A DNA stretch of 64,000 bases from contig OX597817.1 in the NCBI GenBank assembly GCA_951406725.2, positions 134,230,001 to 134,294,000 of the forward strand. Reading direction: 5' to 3'. Each line of letters begins with the position of its first letter. Position 1 is the stretch's first letter. The notes under the pieces were generated by a model that was not told where the DNA came from, searched no databases, and saw nothing but the letters and a program-made list of their open reading frames with translations. This DNA comes from Octopus vulgaris. Its lineage: Eukaryota. Of this stretch, positions 24,713 through 38,689 are shown in pieces. The position numbers and the translations under genes were made by a program.

Positions 24713-24745
<33 letters not shown>

Positions 24746-24913
24746 CATCAAGTGTGTGTATATAAGCTTTCATGTCTAACTCCAACCGTTCTTTGCTGTT
24801 TTTATCAATTTCTGACTTTGGGCTGTAAATTTGTACCAATCTGAGCAGGCCTTATAGAACTATTTTAGTTTGGTTCTCCGCTATAATGGTCTTTTTTTAC
24901 TATCAATCAATCA

Positions 24914-24947
<34 letters not shown>

Positions 24948-25829
24948 TATATCAATCTACGTACCTGTTAGTCTATCCATACCTATGTATATCTAATCTA
25001 TCTGTAGTTATAACTATCTGTAGAGTAAATATGTGCTTGTATGATGTAAAACATTCTTTTTGTAAAGTGTTCTTGTACATGATTTTGCTATTTGTCCACT
25101 CCCCGCCTGCTTTTATTTGAACAGCGCATAGTTAAATTAGCTGTTATATATTTTATTTCACGCTATTGGTTTCATGAATAACTTCACAATGTAGAGTCAA
25201 TCTCTAAATACAAAAATTAAAAGAAAAATACAGAAAACCTGGAAATAGAATTTTGGTCAGTTCTTCAAATTCATCTATATGTAAACCATGATATACAAAA
25301 CTGTTGCGTCTTAGTAAATATTTCGGTATTTTTCAGCAACACACACACACACACACACACTACATATATATATATATAAAATGTATTTGTTAGTCCACCA
25401 TGTTTGCATATTCAAACATATACTAGTTGTATATAGGAATCCTGAAAGTAATACAAATGTGAGTATAACCCTTTATTAGATGTCGCAGGTTGCTCAAACT
25501 GCGCATATTCGTAAAGGTTTCTTCTGTATATATTTAACACATAAAGCGCGACGGGCCACGACCGTGGCCGTCAGGCACTGGTCGATAGGCCACTATTGAG
25601 GCATTTAATTTATGGGCATTTGTTGAGGTCTAATATCACTCAGACGCTCCGATAACCTCCAGAATCTCATCAGATAATAGGTCAACTGATGACTTTTCAG
25701 ATGATGCAAAGCTTGCCACCAATATATACTAAGAAGATATTTTAACTATTTTTTTGTTCGTTATGTGTGCATGGTAGTCTCATTTTCATAAAATTTGCTC
25801 AGCAGTCCAAGCTGTCTAAGTGCAAATCC

Positions 25830-26740
25830 CAGCGCTTTGTGGGTTAATACAAGTTATGTATTGGCGTCATCATTAAATTTAAATTTCGAATTCTCTTTCA
25901 AAGAATTTAGAATTACATTATTATACCAAATTCTTCATAGCAACTTTCACCTCACCTTTGTCCTCGAAGACCCATTTTAAATAGACAAAGCAGGTGACTG
26001 CTGGAGGGCATCAGGTCCGCGCTCTTTGGTGGTTGGAGGACCAATGACCAGCTCAATTTTCTGATTACCCGATTTGTTGTCAAAGAGATGTTTATTCGCG
26101 CATTGTCTTCGCGAATGTCGATTGTTTCCAGTTTCCGGTGCCTTCTCTATGCTTTTCAGGTGTCTCATCCCACAGTTCACTGTACAGATGCATTTCAAAA
26201 CAAAAAAAAATCTTCCAATACAGTCCTCACGATTTTCTCTTACGATCGCTGACTCCTGAATTTTAGGTCAGTGTTGCATCTCTTCTCCATGGCTTATGGA
26301 CTAATTTTTTATTACTGGATCAAAAATAATTACATCCTTATCTGCAACCTGATCGGGAAAAACGCATCGCCATTAGTTTCAATCGTTTCAAGCAGATTGG
26401 TGAGAATTTCCATTCTTTTCTAATTTAAATGGGGTGTCCATATCGAATTTCCTATTTCGTACACATATTCGGATACCGGAAATCTTCCAGCTTTTGTATT
26501 ACATAATGACTGTGATACAGTTGCAGAGCAAGTTTACGGATTGAAATTCGTCCGTCAGCACTCATCAAGTCGCTCACTCGCTGGAGATTTGTGTGAACAG
26601 CCGCAGTTGATGGTCTTCCACTGAGTGGTTTATCTCTTCTTCGATGCACACCTCCAGACATAAGTTATTCTGTTTTTCTACAGCCAAAATGGTAGAGGAA
26701 AATTAATTGTCATAGAAATGGGGGCGTCACAACAGGGGTA
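25830..26740 (-). mobile_element. Decayed mariner transposase relic
   Basis: ORF 26452-26661 DKPLSGRPST...DGRISIRKLA (second HTH); downstream FDPVIK and DLMPSS..L resemble YDPETK and DLAPSD; boundaries approximate. Confidence 0.6.
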
Positions 26741-26788
26741 AGTGTTTTACTGAATCTCTCTTTCTCTCTCTCTTTCACACACACACAC

Positions 26789-26820
<32 letters not shown>

Positions 26821-27211
26821 CAAACACACACGCTTACGTATGCATAAATATATGCACACCTATGCTTAAATAGACATATTTATACATCTCTGCATATTTA
26901 TAAATATACAGTAATAGTAACAGTAATCCTTAAATGGAATCTGTAAACTGTATCGCTACGCGTGTTTCCACAAGTCAGATGTCTCTTGAGATCACAGGCC
27001 GTATTCCTAGGATGATTACGGTGTAGTCCGTAGTCTATGGCCAGCATAATGGAATAGGAACTGTATTTGCATATTCAAAACATTCTTCGTAAACAAATTT
27101 AGGTTATATATATATATATAGTTAATCCAAACATGAAAGCACAAAAAAAACACAACAACGCGAGGACGTGGAACAAATATAGTATTATTGGACGCTCAGG
27201 AAAGAAGGAGG

Positions 27212-27246
27212 GTTTAACGTTTCGAGCGGAGCTCTTCGTCGGAAAC
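27212..27246 (-). ncRNA. Minimal type-I hammerhead motif, Penelope pLTR type
   Basis: GTTT-CCGACGA-A-GAGC-TCC-GCTC-GAAAC-GTT-AAAC; stems I and II perfect, palindromic AACGTT, core U-to-C variant. Confidence 0.65.
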
Positions 27247-27480
27247 ATAGAAGGAATGATCCAGAGAAGGAAAGACAGGAAAAAAATCGCCAACGGTACA
27301 CACGAGGTCACATTTTGAATATATATATATATTTGACGACTCCACTAGAATGGATGAAAGCTCTATTATATGATATATAAAAACATGTAAGATACAAATA
27401 AATATCTGTAAATATAAAACCATCCGAATTTCTGAGTACGTCATTTCTTCTAATATAAAATACCTGTACATCATCTCCAA

Positions 27481-27516
<36 letters not shown>

Positions 27517-27586
27517 CATACATACAGGCACACTTTATATATCATATGCATACGTATTTATATACAATATATATCTATAAACAAGA

Positions 27587-27618
<32 letters not shown>

Positions 27619-27899
27619 CTATTATTATTATTGTTCAATCCAAGGGAAAAATAATTTCCTTCAAGGGAATAGAATACATCCAATTTTCACTGGTTTCTTC
27701 AGTTAAAAGCCACCACATAGTAGAGAAAAAAATCAGAACTTAAATGGAGATTTCAATATACAAATATCAGAGGAAATAGAGAAATACAATTGACATATAA
27801 ATTTATTAACGAAGTAATATAAAACTATATTATAAAAAGATATAACAAATAATTAAAATAAATATATATATATCCTACGATTTGTTTCAATACATATTC

Positions 27900-28500
27900 A
27901 CTATATATATATGTGTGTGTGTGTTTGTAGTGTATGTCCCAATTTTTTATATCTGTGTTGATGATTAGTAGTATGTCCAGGAATGGTAGTTGGGTTTTAT
28001 TGTATCCCATGGTGAATCTGATTAGGATTTTGAAATCCATAAGTTCGTTCAAGTGTGTGCGTCCACAAAATCAGGTTTGTTCCAATGTGTGCGTCTACAG
28101 AATCAGTCAGTCATCTAAGTAAGATTTCCAATTCTCTAGTAAATATTTGTGGAAACCCAAGCTATATTTCAATTTAGATTGTTCATATATATGAAACATC
28201 ATATATACCATGATTGGATTGGCGTAAATCTGAGCAACTTTTGTACCCATCGCAGTCGCAGATAGCTTGTAAATATCATCGAAGTCAAATGTTGTTTTCG
28301 ATAATGAATTTTAATGCTTCAGTGATGAAACATTTTTCAGTTCTGGAATTTTTATGAGGGAATTTCTCAAGCCAGAAATCTATTGCCTCTAGTTCATAAT
28401 GATGTGGGATTGCGATATAGATGTTTAACACATAAAAAGATACAATAGTAAATAGACGTATCTTTGTTTATGGTTTTGGGGAATTGACATTATCACATGG
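27900..28500 (-). mobile_element. Penelope-like element reverse transcriptase relic
   Basis: Minus-strand translations TAMGTKVAQIYAN (about 28220-28260) and IRFTMGYNKTQLPFLDI (ORF 27825-28052) resemble PLE RT motifs GTAMG..AP.YAN and IKFT.E....LPFLD. Confidence 0.7.
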
Positions 28501-29449
28501 ACGTAGCGGAGAACCTACAAAAACGTTTAAGACCAGTCAATCAGGTCCAATACATATACTAATATGAGCCATGGACTCCCAATGAAAATAGGACAAGCTT
28601 TCAGGACACTATTTAACATGATTATTCAATCGGATAAATAATCTATTGTCAGTTTCTTCCAAGGTTGAATTATCCATGACTGCTCGTAGCAAACCTGGAG
28701 GTGACATTCAGATCATCTTTTCGTATGATAAGCATATCGATGAACTGAACCCAACAGATTGGGTTCTATATCACGTGTTAGCATCATGTAAAATCTATTT
28801 TGGTACGCTTTACACTCTTACATTACGTTGTGTACACATGTATATAAGCGCGTACACGCACTCACACACACACCTATATATATATATATATATATATATA
28901 TCAAAGAAGAGAAAAACCGGCTTACAACACCGAATCTCCGAAGATTTTCTGAAGGGTGCTAACCCCGAAATAAAAGATGAAAAATGCAATTTATTTCTTG
29001 TATCTTGCACTGTTTTGGCTTTCAAAAATTCAGATCATTTATATATATATATTAGACAATACTTCATACAAACTATACTACAATACATAAAAACGCACGC
29101 ACACACACTTGTGTGTTTTGTACATTATATACTGCCATGCAGCCTTCCTTGCCACGGCTATGAATCACTGGATTGCCTTTCTTCTTCACATGTTTTCTTT
29201 ATATACAGACATCTGAAGAACGTTAATCTCGTGTTACTCTTAGATTATACATACCCCAACTGTCTCTTTTCACCAGAGTAATTTAATCAATCAAATCGAT
29301 CAGTGTCTTTCTTCTTTTGAGTAAAAGCCTTTATTTTATTCCATCAGTTTCTGTCTCATGTTTCTAACTTCCATTCTGTGTCAGAACTATGTCGTTCATT
29401 CCTACATCACTATTCGTTGTTGTCTGCTGTTTATCGGAATCCTTTCTCA

Positions 29450-29950
29450 GATGTTTTGTGATCCCTTTCTTGTCTCTAGTGGAATTTGGTTGGGGCATCG
29501 AGACGATTTCAACGATTTCATAAATTTAAATATGTCGTTCAAATTATTTTCCCAGCAAATTTTGTGGTTTTCTTCAAAATAAAACCGTTTATAGCAAAAT
29601 CTATGCAAAATGTTGGCTTCAATGGATCAGAACTTTTTGCCATCTCAGGGAAGTATAGTACTTGGAAGATGGATGTTCGGTAATTATAGACCTCCATCAA
29701 TAAATTAAGAAACCTGTTGGTTCTACGCCATAACACGAGATAAACGATGAATAATTCCTTTGGTTATACGAGACGAGTTTATGTCTTATATAAGTTACTT
29801 GGCGTACAGCGGCTGACCGGAATTAGTGGATGGGATTAAAATTTGAGTGATTAAAGACGAAATATAGTTTGTCATCCTATGACAGATGAATAAGGAATAT
29901 ACTGAGTACACTTTTGCTTATGTGTGGTGGAGGAATAGATCAGAATGTAA
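29450..29950 (-). mobile_element. Very old non-LTR RT relic, possibly CR1-like
   Basis: ORF 29539-29736 NLL...VLYFPEMAKSSDPLKP weakly resembles VIYLDFAKAFDKV. Confidence 0.3.
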
Positions 29951-32289
29951 TATTTTCTATTTCGAACGACGTAGATGCTGCCAGGCACTAACAGTATCAC
30001 TGAAAATGGTGACGGAAATTCTGTTGGATCAAGGACATAATTTCTATTGAAGCAACAACTAACCCAAAGTTGAAATAGTGAAAGTTCCACGAAATACAGA
30101 GAGAAACCATTCCATCAGCTGCACAGTTCTAACAGCTGCATCATCTAAAACTTCAATAATGGTAGCAAAATTCCATATGTCGGCAGTTTGGGAATTGAAA
30201 ACGATGATGTGTTGCAGCAGAGAAGAAACACATTCCCTACTCTTATAAACTGACATACATTTCACATTGGAGGGTAAATATAGGAATTCTCTTTAGAAAA
30301 ATATTCTTTTAGAGTATCGTTTAGTGAAAGAACTAGTTTCTATGTACTTTATCGATCTTAGATTTTCCATTGATGGCTAATTTTACTAGAACGAATGTAG
30401 TCAAGATTGCTTGTTGACTTTCCCTTTCTGACACTTTTAGAAGAAAATACAGTAGGAACAATAGTCTAATTACACCTTTAAGCCGAATACGTTGTTGTTG
30501 GTGTTGTTGCTCTGGGTGGTGTTACAGTTGTTTGTTGATAGTAATGGTTTCTATTTTGGGTAATCATTGTTCAATAATGTTGTTGCTGATGTTGATTGAT
30601 GAGAAAGCAATCGACGACAACGATGACGACAACCAAGATGGCGACGGCAGAATTTGTGAAGATATAAATGTTATATTGTTTCAGGAGCCATTGTTGTTGT
30701 TGTTGTTAATCTTTACTGCTTTTATCACTGTTGCTGTTCTTGTTGTTGTTTATTAAGAATAGTGATGTTGTAATTAAAATTGAGTGACTTCTTTTTTTTC
30801 CGTCAACCGTACGTGTTGTCGTTTCACTTTTCTCCTGTCATCAGTCACGGCTTCTCACATTCCTGCTTCTGCTACTGCAGTGTCGCTGCTGTTTCTATTA
30901 AAACACATGTCACTTACATTGAGAATTGTCGACTCTCATTCATAATTCTGTTACAGAAGCCGATGTTTAATTATACTTCCAGATACAAATATGTGGCGAA
31001 CACACACGTTTAACCCATTATTACACAAATATATGAACATAGTTAAACCACACTTGCAATTACAACAGATGTTACTCAGGGATGAATATTTTCGTGCCGA
31101 AACACAATGTGAATGTTATTCAGTTCTGCTTGTGTTGGAATCTGTTTCCCTTGTTGCTCCAGCGTTGTCTCAGTTTGGAATATATATTAATATAATTTCA
31201 TTTTTGTACTTGCAGAGAAACTTGATCTTCTTTCACTTATTTGTCAAGTGTATATAGCGTGAGGTGATGATGTATTTTTCTACGATGCTAAGGAGAAAAT
31301 TCTGAAATATTTGAAACAAGAAGATACGTATTGTGTTCTAGGCTTTCTCCCTCCCAGATGCGCTTAGACAGGAACGTTACTTTCTCCTGTTCATGTTTCG
31401 GAACGACATTATGTTCTATTATGTTCTTTTTTGTATATTTTACACACACACACACACCTTTGAAGGGTCCGTTGCTTACTAGATGAAGTTTTCTTTTTGA
31501 TCTGATTTGCAGTAGCTTTAGTTTTTTGCTTTATAGAGTAATTTCTATGCAGTTTACACTTAACACATGTAGACACCAATATCATCAACCACATGGTCTA
31601 GCTTAACACGCCACCTCCTCCGTCACCGCCTCAGCATGATCCTGCCACCGCACACTACGTTTGTAGGTAGGGCGCCTGTTGCTTTGATCTTCCTGGTGAT
31701 CATACAGAATACATTTATAGCAGAAATAAAAGTGATAGCGGTGCTAGTGTTAATAATGTCAGATTACGTGTCAAATTAGCTGACATTTAAATAATAAATA
31801 GTGAACTGTAATATGTTAATATAATTCCGTGTACATGTATCACAAGATCAATATACATGCTGAATGTTCCATAATTATCTAGCTTTAATAGGGAAGATTA
31901 ATATGTATCCCTTGGAATTTCCACAGGCGCAACTAGTTTATATTCACTTATAAACACCTTTACATTATAAAATACTTACTACAAAATTGATTGGGTTCAG
32001 ATTGTTATTTGATTTATTGTACTAAAAATGATTTATTTAAAACACATCCGTTCAGGAATGTGTACAGTTCGCATTTAGCTAAATAATTGCTCATGCTAAA
32101 ATTGCTTTTGAAATCCTTGCTAATGGATTTTGCATGCAGTGTTGATGTATTTTTAGAAATTCTCGCACCTGTGTACAGGTTGATGGATATTTTAAAATTT
32201 CCCGATTTTGTTCGTTCAGTTTCTTCTAACAACCGACGTCGTTTTACTTCGCATTTGGCATGGATAGCCTACTAATGTTCTAAGTATTT

Positions 32290-32685
32290 TCTTTTACTTG
32301 TTTCAGTCATTAAGCTACGGTCACACTGGAGCACTGCTTAGAAATACTTTTAGTTAAATGAATCGTTTCCAGTACTTTTTCTTTATTTTTAGAGTCTTAT
32401 ACTTATTCTATCTGTCTCTTTTGTCAAACCGCTAAGTTACAGAGACGTTTCTACACCAACAACGATTGTCAAGTGGTGAAGGAGAACAGACACACAGACA
32501 TATACATATTGAGATTCACGCACACACACACAACGATTTTCTTCTTTCAGTTTACGTCTACCAAATCCATTCACGAGTTTTTGGGTTCCACGAGGCTATA
32601 GAAGAAGACACTTGTGCCACCCAGTGGGATTCTGAACCCAGAACCGTCTGGTTGATTAGCAAGCTTCTTATCACACAACCACGTC
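32290..32685 (-). mobile_element. SINE family A copy
   Basis: TACTTGTTTCAGTCATT tail (reverse complement) through CTTCTTATCACACAACCAC head. Confidence 0.8.
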
Positions 32686-32710
32686 TGACCCAATGTTATG
32701 TATACCTCCA

Positions 32711-33700
32711 GCGCTTTCAGGAGGTCGAAAGCTTAACTGTTCATTAGTCTGTGGAAGATTATAGAAGTTTACAATAATTGGTTACTGAAATGAAATTTTT
32801 GATTAAAGCGGCAAATATTCTTAGCTGGTAATCTTGAGAAACATTGAAAGACCTTTTAATCTATCGATAATTTCAGTTATAATATGCTGTGATTTTGCTT
32901 AAGCCCTTTCGCTCCCTATGGAACAGAAGGCATTGCCGATATTTTATCAACAATTCTCGACGTTGGGCAGTCTTTTCCCCTCTCCAATTCGATCCCTTCC
33001 TTTTCAGCTTTCTCAATATTCCATCTCCAGCTATTTTCGGGGCATCTTCTCTTCCGCCTCCCTTGCGGGTCCCATGTTAGAGCCTGACGTGTCGGGTTTC
33101 TCCGCGCGAAGACATTCCTCTCCCTGGTCTTGTTGGTTTTTAATTGTCATCAATGCGTCTGTAACTTTGGTTTTTGTTCTAGGTAGTGGTGTTAACCTTA
33201 AAAAACAACATTCTCATATTTGGGGAGAGGTGCTTCATATTATTCTACCCTCCTCCTTTTACCTGTCCGGCAGGAGACCCCAGAAGTCGCCTGCACTCCA
33301 CTGGCAGAGTCCTCAGGGATAACTTTTGGGGCAATTTGAAGAATTTTCTCCGGAACATGCTTTTATACTACCAACATAGAATGTGCACCAAAAAGCAAGA
33401 ACAGAGTAACCTTTGCAATTTCGGAGTGAATGCCATCGAGTTCAGTTCAAATTCTTGAATAAATTTCTTTTCGATAACAAAAAACAAAACAAAACATTTG
33501 ATTCATTAGTCACATATTTGATTTAGTGATGGTCATAATATAAATGTCTGAAGGTCAGGAAATTATTTTTATGTTCTGTGATTAAAAAGTCTGTTTCTCA
33601 AGACCTTCAGCTAACAATATTTGCCGCTTTAATCCAAAATTTCATTTAAGTAACCAGTGGTTGAAAATGAACAGTTAAGCTTTCGACCTCCTTAAAACGC
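32711..33700. repeat. Long inverted repeats (about 110-150 bp) enclosing ~720 bp; putative TIR/foldback element
   Basis: GGAGGTCGAAAGCTTAACTGTTCATT / AATGAACAGTTAAGCTTTCGACCTCC and GATTAAAGCGGCAAATATT / AATATTTGCCGCTTTAATC. Confidence 0.8.
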
Positions 33701-33749
33701 CGCAGAACTTTACTTTTCCAATCGATAGAAACCATTTATATCTGTCCAT

Positions 33750-34100
33750 TTATATCAGCGCGACAAACATCTGTCGAATAGGCATACTCGGCGAATATTG
33801 CACGACAATAATGTAACAATCAGTTTTCTTAAAGAACATTTCTTAAAGAACATACCATGATCTAGATATTCAGTAACAAATTTTGTCCACCCGGTCTTAA
33901 ACCACACTCCAGTTTTTTAAAAATGGAATCCTTGAACGCCTTTCTACCTAATTTTCTTTCAAGTACCACCATCTAAACCACCCGTCAGTTGCTATAAAGT
34001 TTTCTTTAAACATTTCTATTTCAAAGTCTAGCATTCTGGACCATCAGCCGTCCATACATCGGAGCGTTCGCTTCACGAATATTGCCGAACCAATTTTAAA
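33750..34100 (-). mobile_element. pogo/Tigger (CENP-B HTH) transposase relic
   Basis: Minus translation ENFIATDGWFRW near 33970-34005 resembles the F.AS.GW..RF motif. Confidence 0.45.
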
Positions 34101-34492
34101 CGCTAATTCTAATTAGTTATTTGAGAGCAGATTGTAATGTTAACTTTTAGATTCTTTTCAATGTTTAAGTCAATAGATTTTCGGTGATTGCGGCGCTCAA
34201 TATTTATCGATAATATCTTTTCCAATTCCTGTATCTAACTACTCTATATTTTACTAATGTCTAAGAATTCGCTAGGGTTCATGTATTGATATAAAGTGAC
34301 ACACCTTCATAAACCCATAAACATTCACAAATATGAACAGTCTCACACACTCCACTTCATACACACATGCACACGTATATAAAGATCCGTAAAAATCAGT
34401 CGTATATTAAAACTACAATATTCAATATAGCCTCAGTCGTATTATATGCGCAGAGAGAGGCATACAGAAAGAGACACATGCTTACATATGTC

Positions 34493-37400
34493 AGGTAGTC
34501 CATCGGTGTCCGATGACGACAAAGTTTGTGTTTTCAACAATGAGAGCGCATGTGGCTCCGCAGTTCAAAACTGGAAACACACAGGCGCTCACAGATGTCA
34601 CAGCGATAGTCTATTGACTGCATTGATGCGGATGCTGCCCTGCTATGTCATTTTTTTGGGCGGGGGCGGGGCAGCATCGAGGCGTTGTCACCGGTCCTCT
34701 TAGAAGGCTGTTGGTGAAATGAAGAGACCTGCACGTTGATCTGTCTGCGGCAGAGATTTCGAATTCGCATGGACTAGTGCCGCCCCATTTGAGATTACTT
34801 TTCAGAGTGTCTTTGTACCTCAGTTTCGGCCTTCCTCGTTTGCGTGAGCCCTGTGTGAGCTCGCCGTACAACAGCTGTCAGAATAAACAGTTGTTAGCCA
34901 TTCAGATGGCATGGCCAGTCCAGCGAGCCAAAACCTTCAACAGTATTGACTCAATACTTGTTGAACAAGCTCTCTCCAGCACTTGTTGGTTTGCCACACT
35001 GCCCTGCCAGCGAATATCCATGATCCTGCCCAGTGCCCTTGTGTGAAATTGTTCCAGCTGTTTGATGTGCTGACGGTATGGGATCTATGTTTGACATGCA
35101 TAGAGTAACTGAAGAAACGACTGCAGCCTTGTAGATCTTGAGCTTTGTCCATAGCCTGATGCCATTCTGCTGGAAGACTTTCACTTTCAAGTGTTTGGTT
35201 GGCTTTGTGGATCCTGGATAAAATTTCGCTGTCCAATGATCCATCGGCTGATATTGTGCTACCAAGACACTTGAAACTCTCCACACACTTAATGGACTCC
35301 CTTAATGGCAATGTTCGGCTGGAGGCGGATTGTCTTCGGTGCTGCTTGGACTAAGACCTCCGTTTTCTCAAGAGCGTCGATGCTTCTGCAAAGAAATCAA
35401 CAAGTCTGCAGGAGACTTTCCTTGTGTGCCATAAAGGCACAGTCATCTGCAAGTTGTGTTTCAATGATGATGTCTTCCACTGTGTTGGTTCGAGCAGAGA
35501 GTCAACGGTGCTTCAAAACAGCGGTCTGAGCGGTATATGATGTATATACCCAGGTCCTGGTCTTTCTCTGTATAAAGTAGGACTTGTGTGAAGAACAAGT
35601 GGAAGAAGACGTGAGCGAGTACGCAGCGCTGTTTCACGCCATTGGAAATGTTGAAAGAGTTGGTGCAGTCACCATTGCAAAGAACGAGACCGGTTATATT
35701 ATCATGAAAGATTTTTATCAAGCTGGTGAGCTTGTGTGAGCAACCCACCTTAATCAGGATAGTCCACAAAACTTCTCTGATGACTGTCAAAACCATTGAT
35801 CAGGTCTGTGAACACAGAGTACACATCTACCCTTTATTCAATACATTTCTCTTTGACTTCACACACATCAAACACCATATCTGCGGTGTTATGGTCAGGG
35901 CGGAAGCTACACCAGGTTTCAGGCAAATTTCTCTCAAAGACGCTAGTTATGAGCATGCTGAAGAGTCAATATTTTTCCAGTAATTGAACACTGGGAAATG
36001 CCCCTGCATTTCCCGAAGTCTGTGATCCGTCCAGCAGTCCTCTCCACGCATTGCCCTGGTAAGAGTACATGGCTGCTGTCGCGCCGGTGGTCGATAATGT
36101 AATCAATAAAATGCCAGTTTTGAGTGCAGATTCATCCATGGTGTTTTATACTTATCAGCATGGTTGTACTCAGTGCATTCGTTCAGCAAAAGAATGCCAT
36201 TGCTTCTTCATTTTCCCAACTCTATGCTTCCCTATAACAGCTCTCCACCGCTCCTCGTCCCTGCCGACTCGGGGTTGGAAGTCTCCTAGTATTACAAGCT
36301 TGTAGGTACAAGTGTGTCACGTAGCGCAGTATCCTAGTCAGTATAGGACTACTTTCTGATCTCTTCCGTGCACATCACTGTAGGGGTGTACATGCTCATG
36401 ATAGTGATGAAGCGTTTGTCGCTGAGAGGGAGGCCAATTTTCATAGGCATTTCATTTACGGTAATGGGAAGGCTGGGAATCTCTTTCAGGAGACTGGACT
36501 TGATGGCGAATCCAACTGTGTATTTTGTCCTCATGATGGGGCTTGTGTTTCCAGAAGAAAGTGTAGCCGCTGCCTGATTCTGTAAGCGATCCTTCCTCAG
36601 CCAGATGAGTTTCACTGATTGCTGCTTTATCGATATTATATATGGACAATTCTTTGACAATGAGAGCTGTTCTTCTCTGTGTTTGGAGACGTTGTATCGA
36701 TCCATGTTCCATGTCCCAATGATTAGGTTATCTTCGACTGCAAATGGGGAATTCTGTCAGTCGCGGTTACCTGACCAAAATGTTTAGGACAAACGTTTTT
36801 TAGGCCACCTAATCTAGATCCCTCCCTTACTAGGGTGAGCAGTGCTGTCCAGTCGCCTGGGATGTTGTCGTAGTATTCAGCTGTCCAATACGAAGAATCA
36901 CTAGAACTTCTAGTGGTTACCTCCACCTGTCCCTTTCGCCACTTCCCTATCTCCGCAGAACTTGAGGCTGACAAACCGAGAAGCACACACATCTCTGTGT
37001 GAAGTTGTTTTAAGCAGGAGATCCGTTGCACAGGGACATTTCCACTCTCTCAGCAGAAAGAATCTTGACCAGTAAAAGAACCTTGACCAGTGGCACAGAG
37101 AACCGTTACGGTTAGAAACCTTTCCTGCTGAAGTAGATGACCAGGACTCCATTGTCTGTCGTTATGCTCAAGGCGCTCCAAAACCCTTGCCGGTACTGCC
37201 TTCCTGACTGCTGGACCTCACTAGTGGGCTTTTCTGCCCAATACGCCAGAACCGGTTTGTGCAAGCATGGGTAGACTGTGCATGCTGCAGCTACATGGAG
37301 CAGCAGTCCTACTCGGCTGTAGAAATGAGTTGCGACGTCACAAGTGCCAAGTTGTATCGGCTTTTGCCGTTACCTTGGATAACATCGGTGGCACGGAGTG

Positions 37401-37510
37401 GGGAGGCTGGTACGTATGGGCGACTGCTGGTCTTCCATAAACAACCTTGCCTGGACTTGTGCTTCGGAGGGTAACTTTCTACATGCAATCCCATGGCCAT
37501 TCATGGTTCA
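34493..37510 (-). mobile_element. RTE-clade LINE, 5' UTR to 3' end, decayed, with internal deletion
   Basis: APE motifs RRTALIVKEL..YNID.AAISET..GYTFFW and VGFAIK; RT motifs NGVKQRCVLA; C-terminal YGELTQGSRKRGRPKLRYKDTLK; many frameshifts and stops. Confidence 0.92.
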
Positions 37511-38689
37511 GTATATTAAGATGCTGAAACTGATTGTTTTATAAACTACGATGACAGAACTTGATACGTAATATCACAATATTACAACCAAGTATGTAAA
37601 CTATTATATTTCTTCTTTTTGAAAAAGGAGTGTCTTACCCGAAATATTACAGGATCATTAAGTAACTAATATAAGGAAATACGATATTCATTCTTTTTTT
37701 TTATGTTTTGAACTTTCCTTACATACTTTGCCTAATTTCTAACCTGCATAGTACGAAAGCTTTTTTTTTTTATTCAAACGTTTATATCAAATGTAAGTTC
37801 AGATGTAATAACAGTAATTACATTACCATGAAACAATAAATGATAGAGACTGTTGTGTTTAGGACGTGGTAAGTATCAACAAGCGAGAGAGAGATATAAA
37901 TCTACCGCAAACAAATAAACACAGGAGGCAGGGAAGCGTTCAACGCACGAAGCTAATGAAACACTCCGTAATTACACAGAATCTCTAATTGCAACGCTGA
38001 ACCTCTAGCATTTGAAATTCTAAAGAGAACCCGTCAACTTCCCAAACCAGTCACAAATGCCCAAAGCACCGTCTACAAAAGAACAATATTTAACTTAATA
38101 AAACAACACCAAAACAATTAATGCAAAAAGAAAACAATAAACAAACACAAATGATTAGTCCTTATAAAACCCACCCCTAACAACCAGTCACCATGAAGTA
38201 ATCTAATTAATCTATATTAAGCATTACCTTCCACATTGTTCCCGCAGTTTGGCAGATTCTATATTTTTAAATCCGTTCTAATGAAATATTCAGTTTGATC
38301 AACTATTGTTACAGCAAACTCACTGAACCGTGACAACGTATGCTTCAGTGGTTGCATATCAATAGAGGTCGCTCTTCCAATTTTATGTCGTATTTTTAAT
38401 AATATTCCCATATAGTTTCCTTTACCGTTTTAGAACAGGGTCGAAATATATTTCCGATGATAATAATGGAGGATGGTAGTTGTAGTGGTGATGAAAATGG
38501 ATGATGATGAGGAGGACAGCCATACAAAAGATGATGATGACGACGATCATCGTGTCTACAAAGACACCAAATAAAATGAAATGTTTCGTTATCAACCGGA
38601 TCCTCCCCCTCTGTCTACCATAATTATCGCCCAGAACAATTAGAATTCTCTGCTACCAATTCATTGCCGTCACAACAAATCTCTCACTA

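Noticed and set aside
28646-29281. Longest ORF (211 aa)
   Set aside because: TTG start, runs through a microsatellite, no domain-like content
30806-30850. CTGATGA...GAAAC on the minus strand
   Set aside because: Stem II and stem I do not pair convincingly
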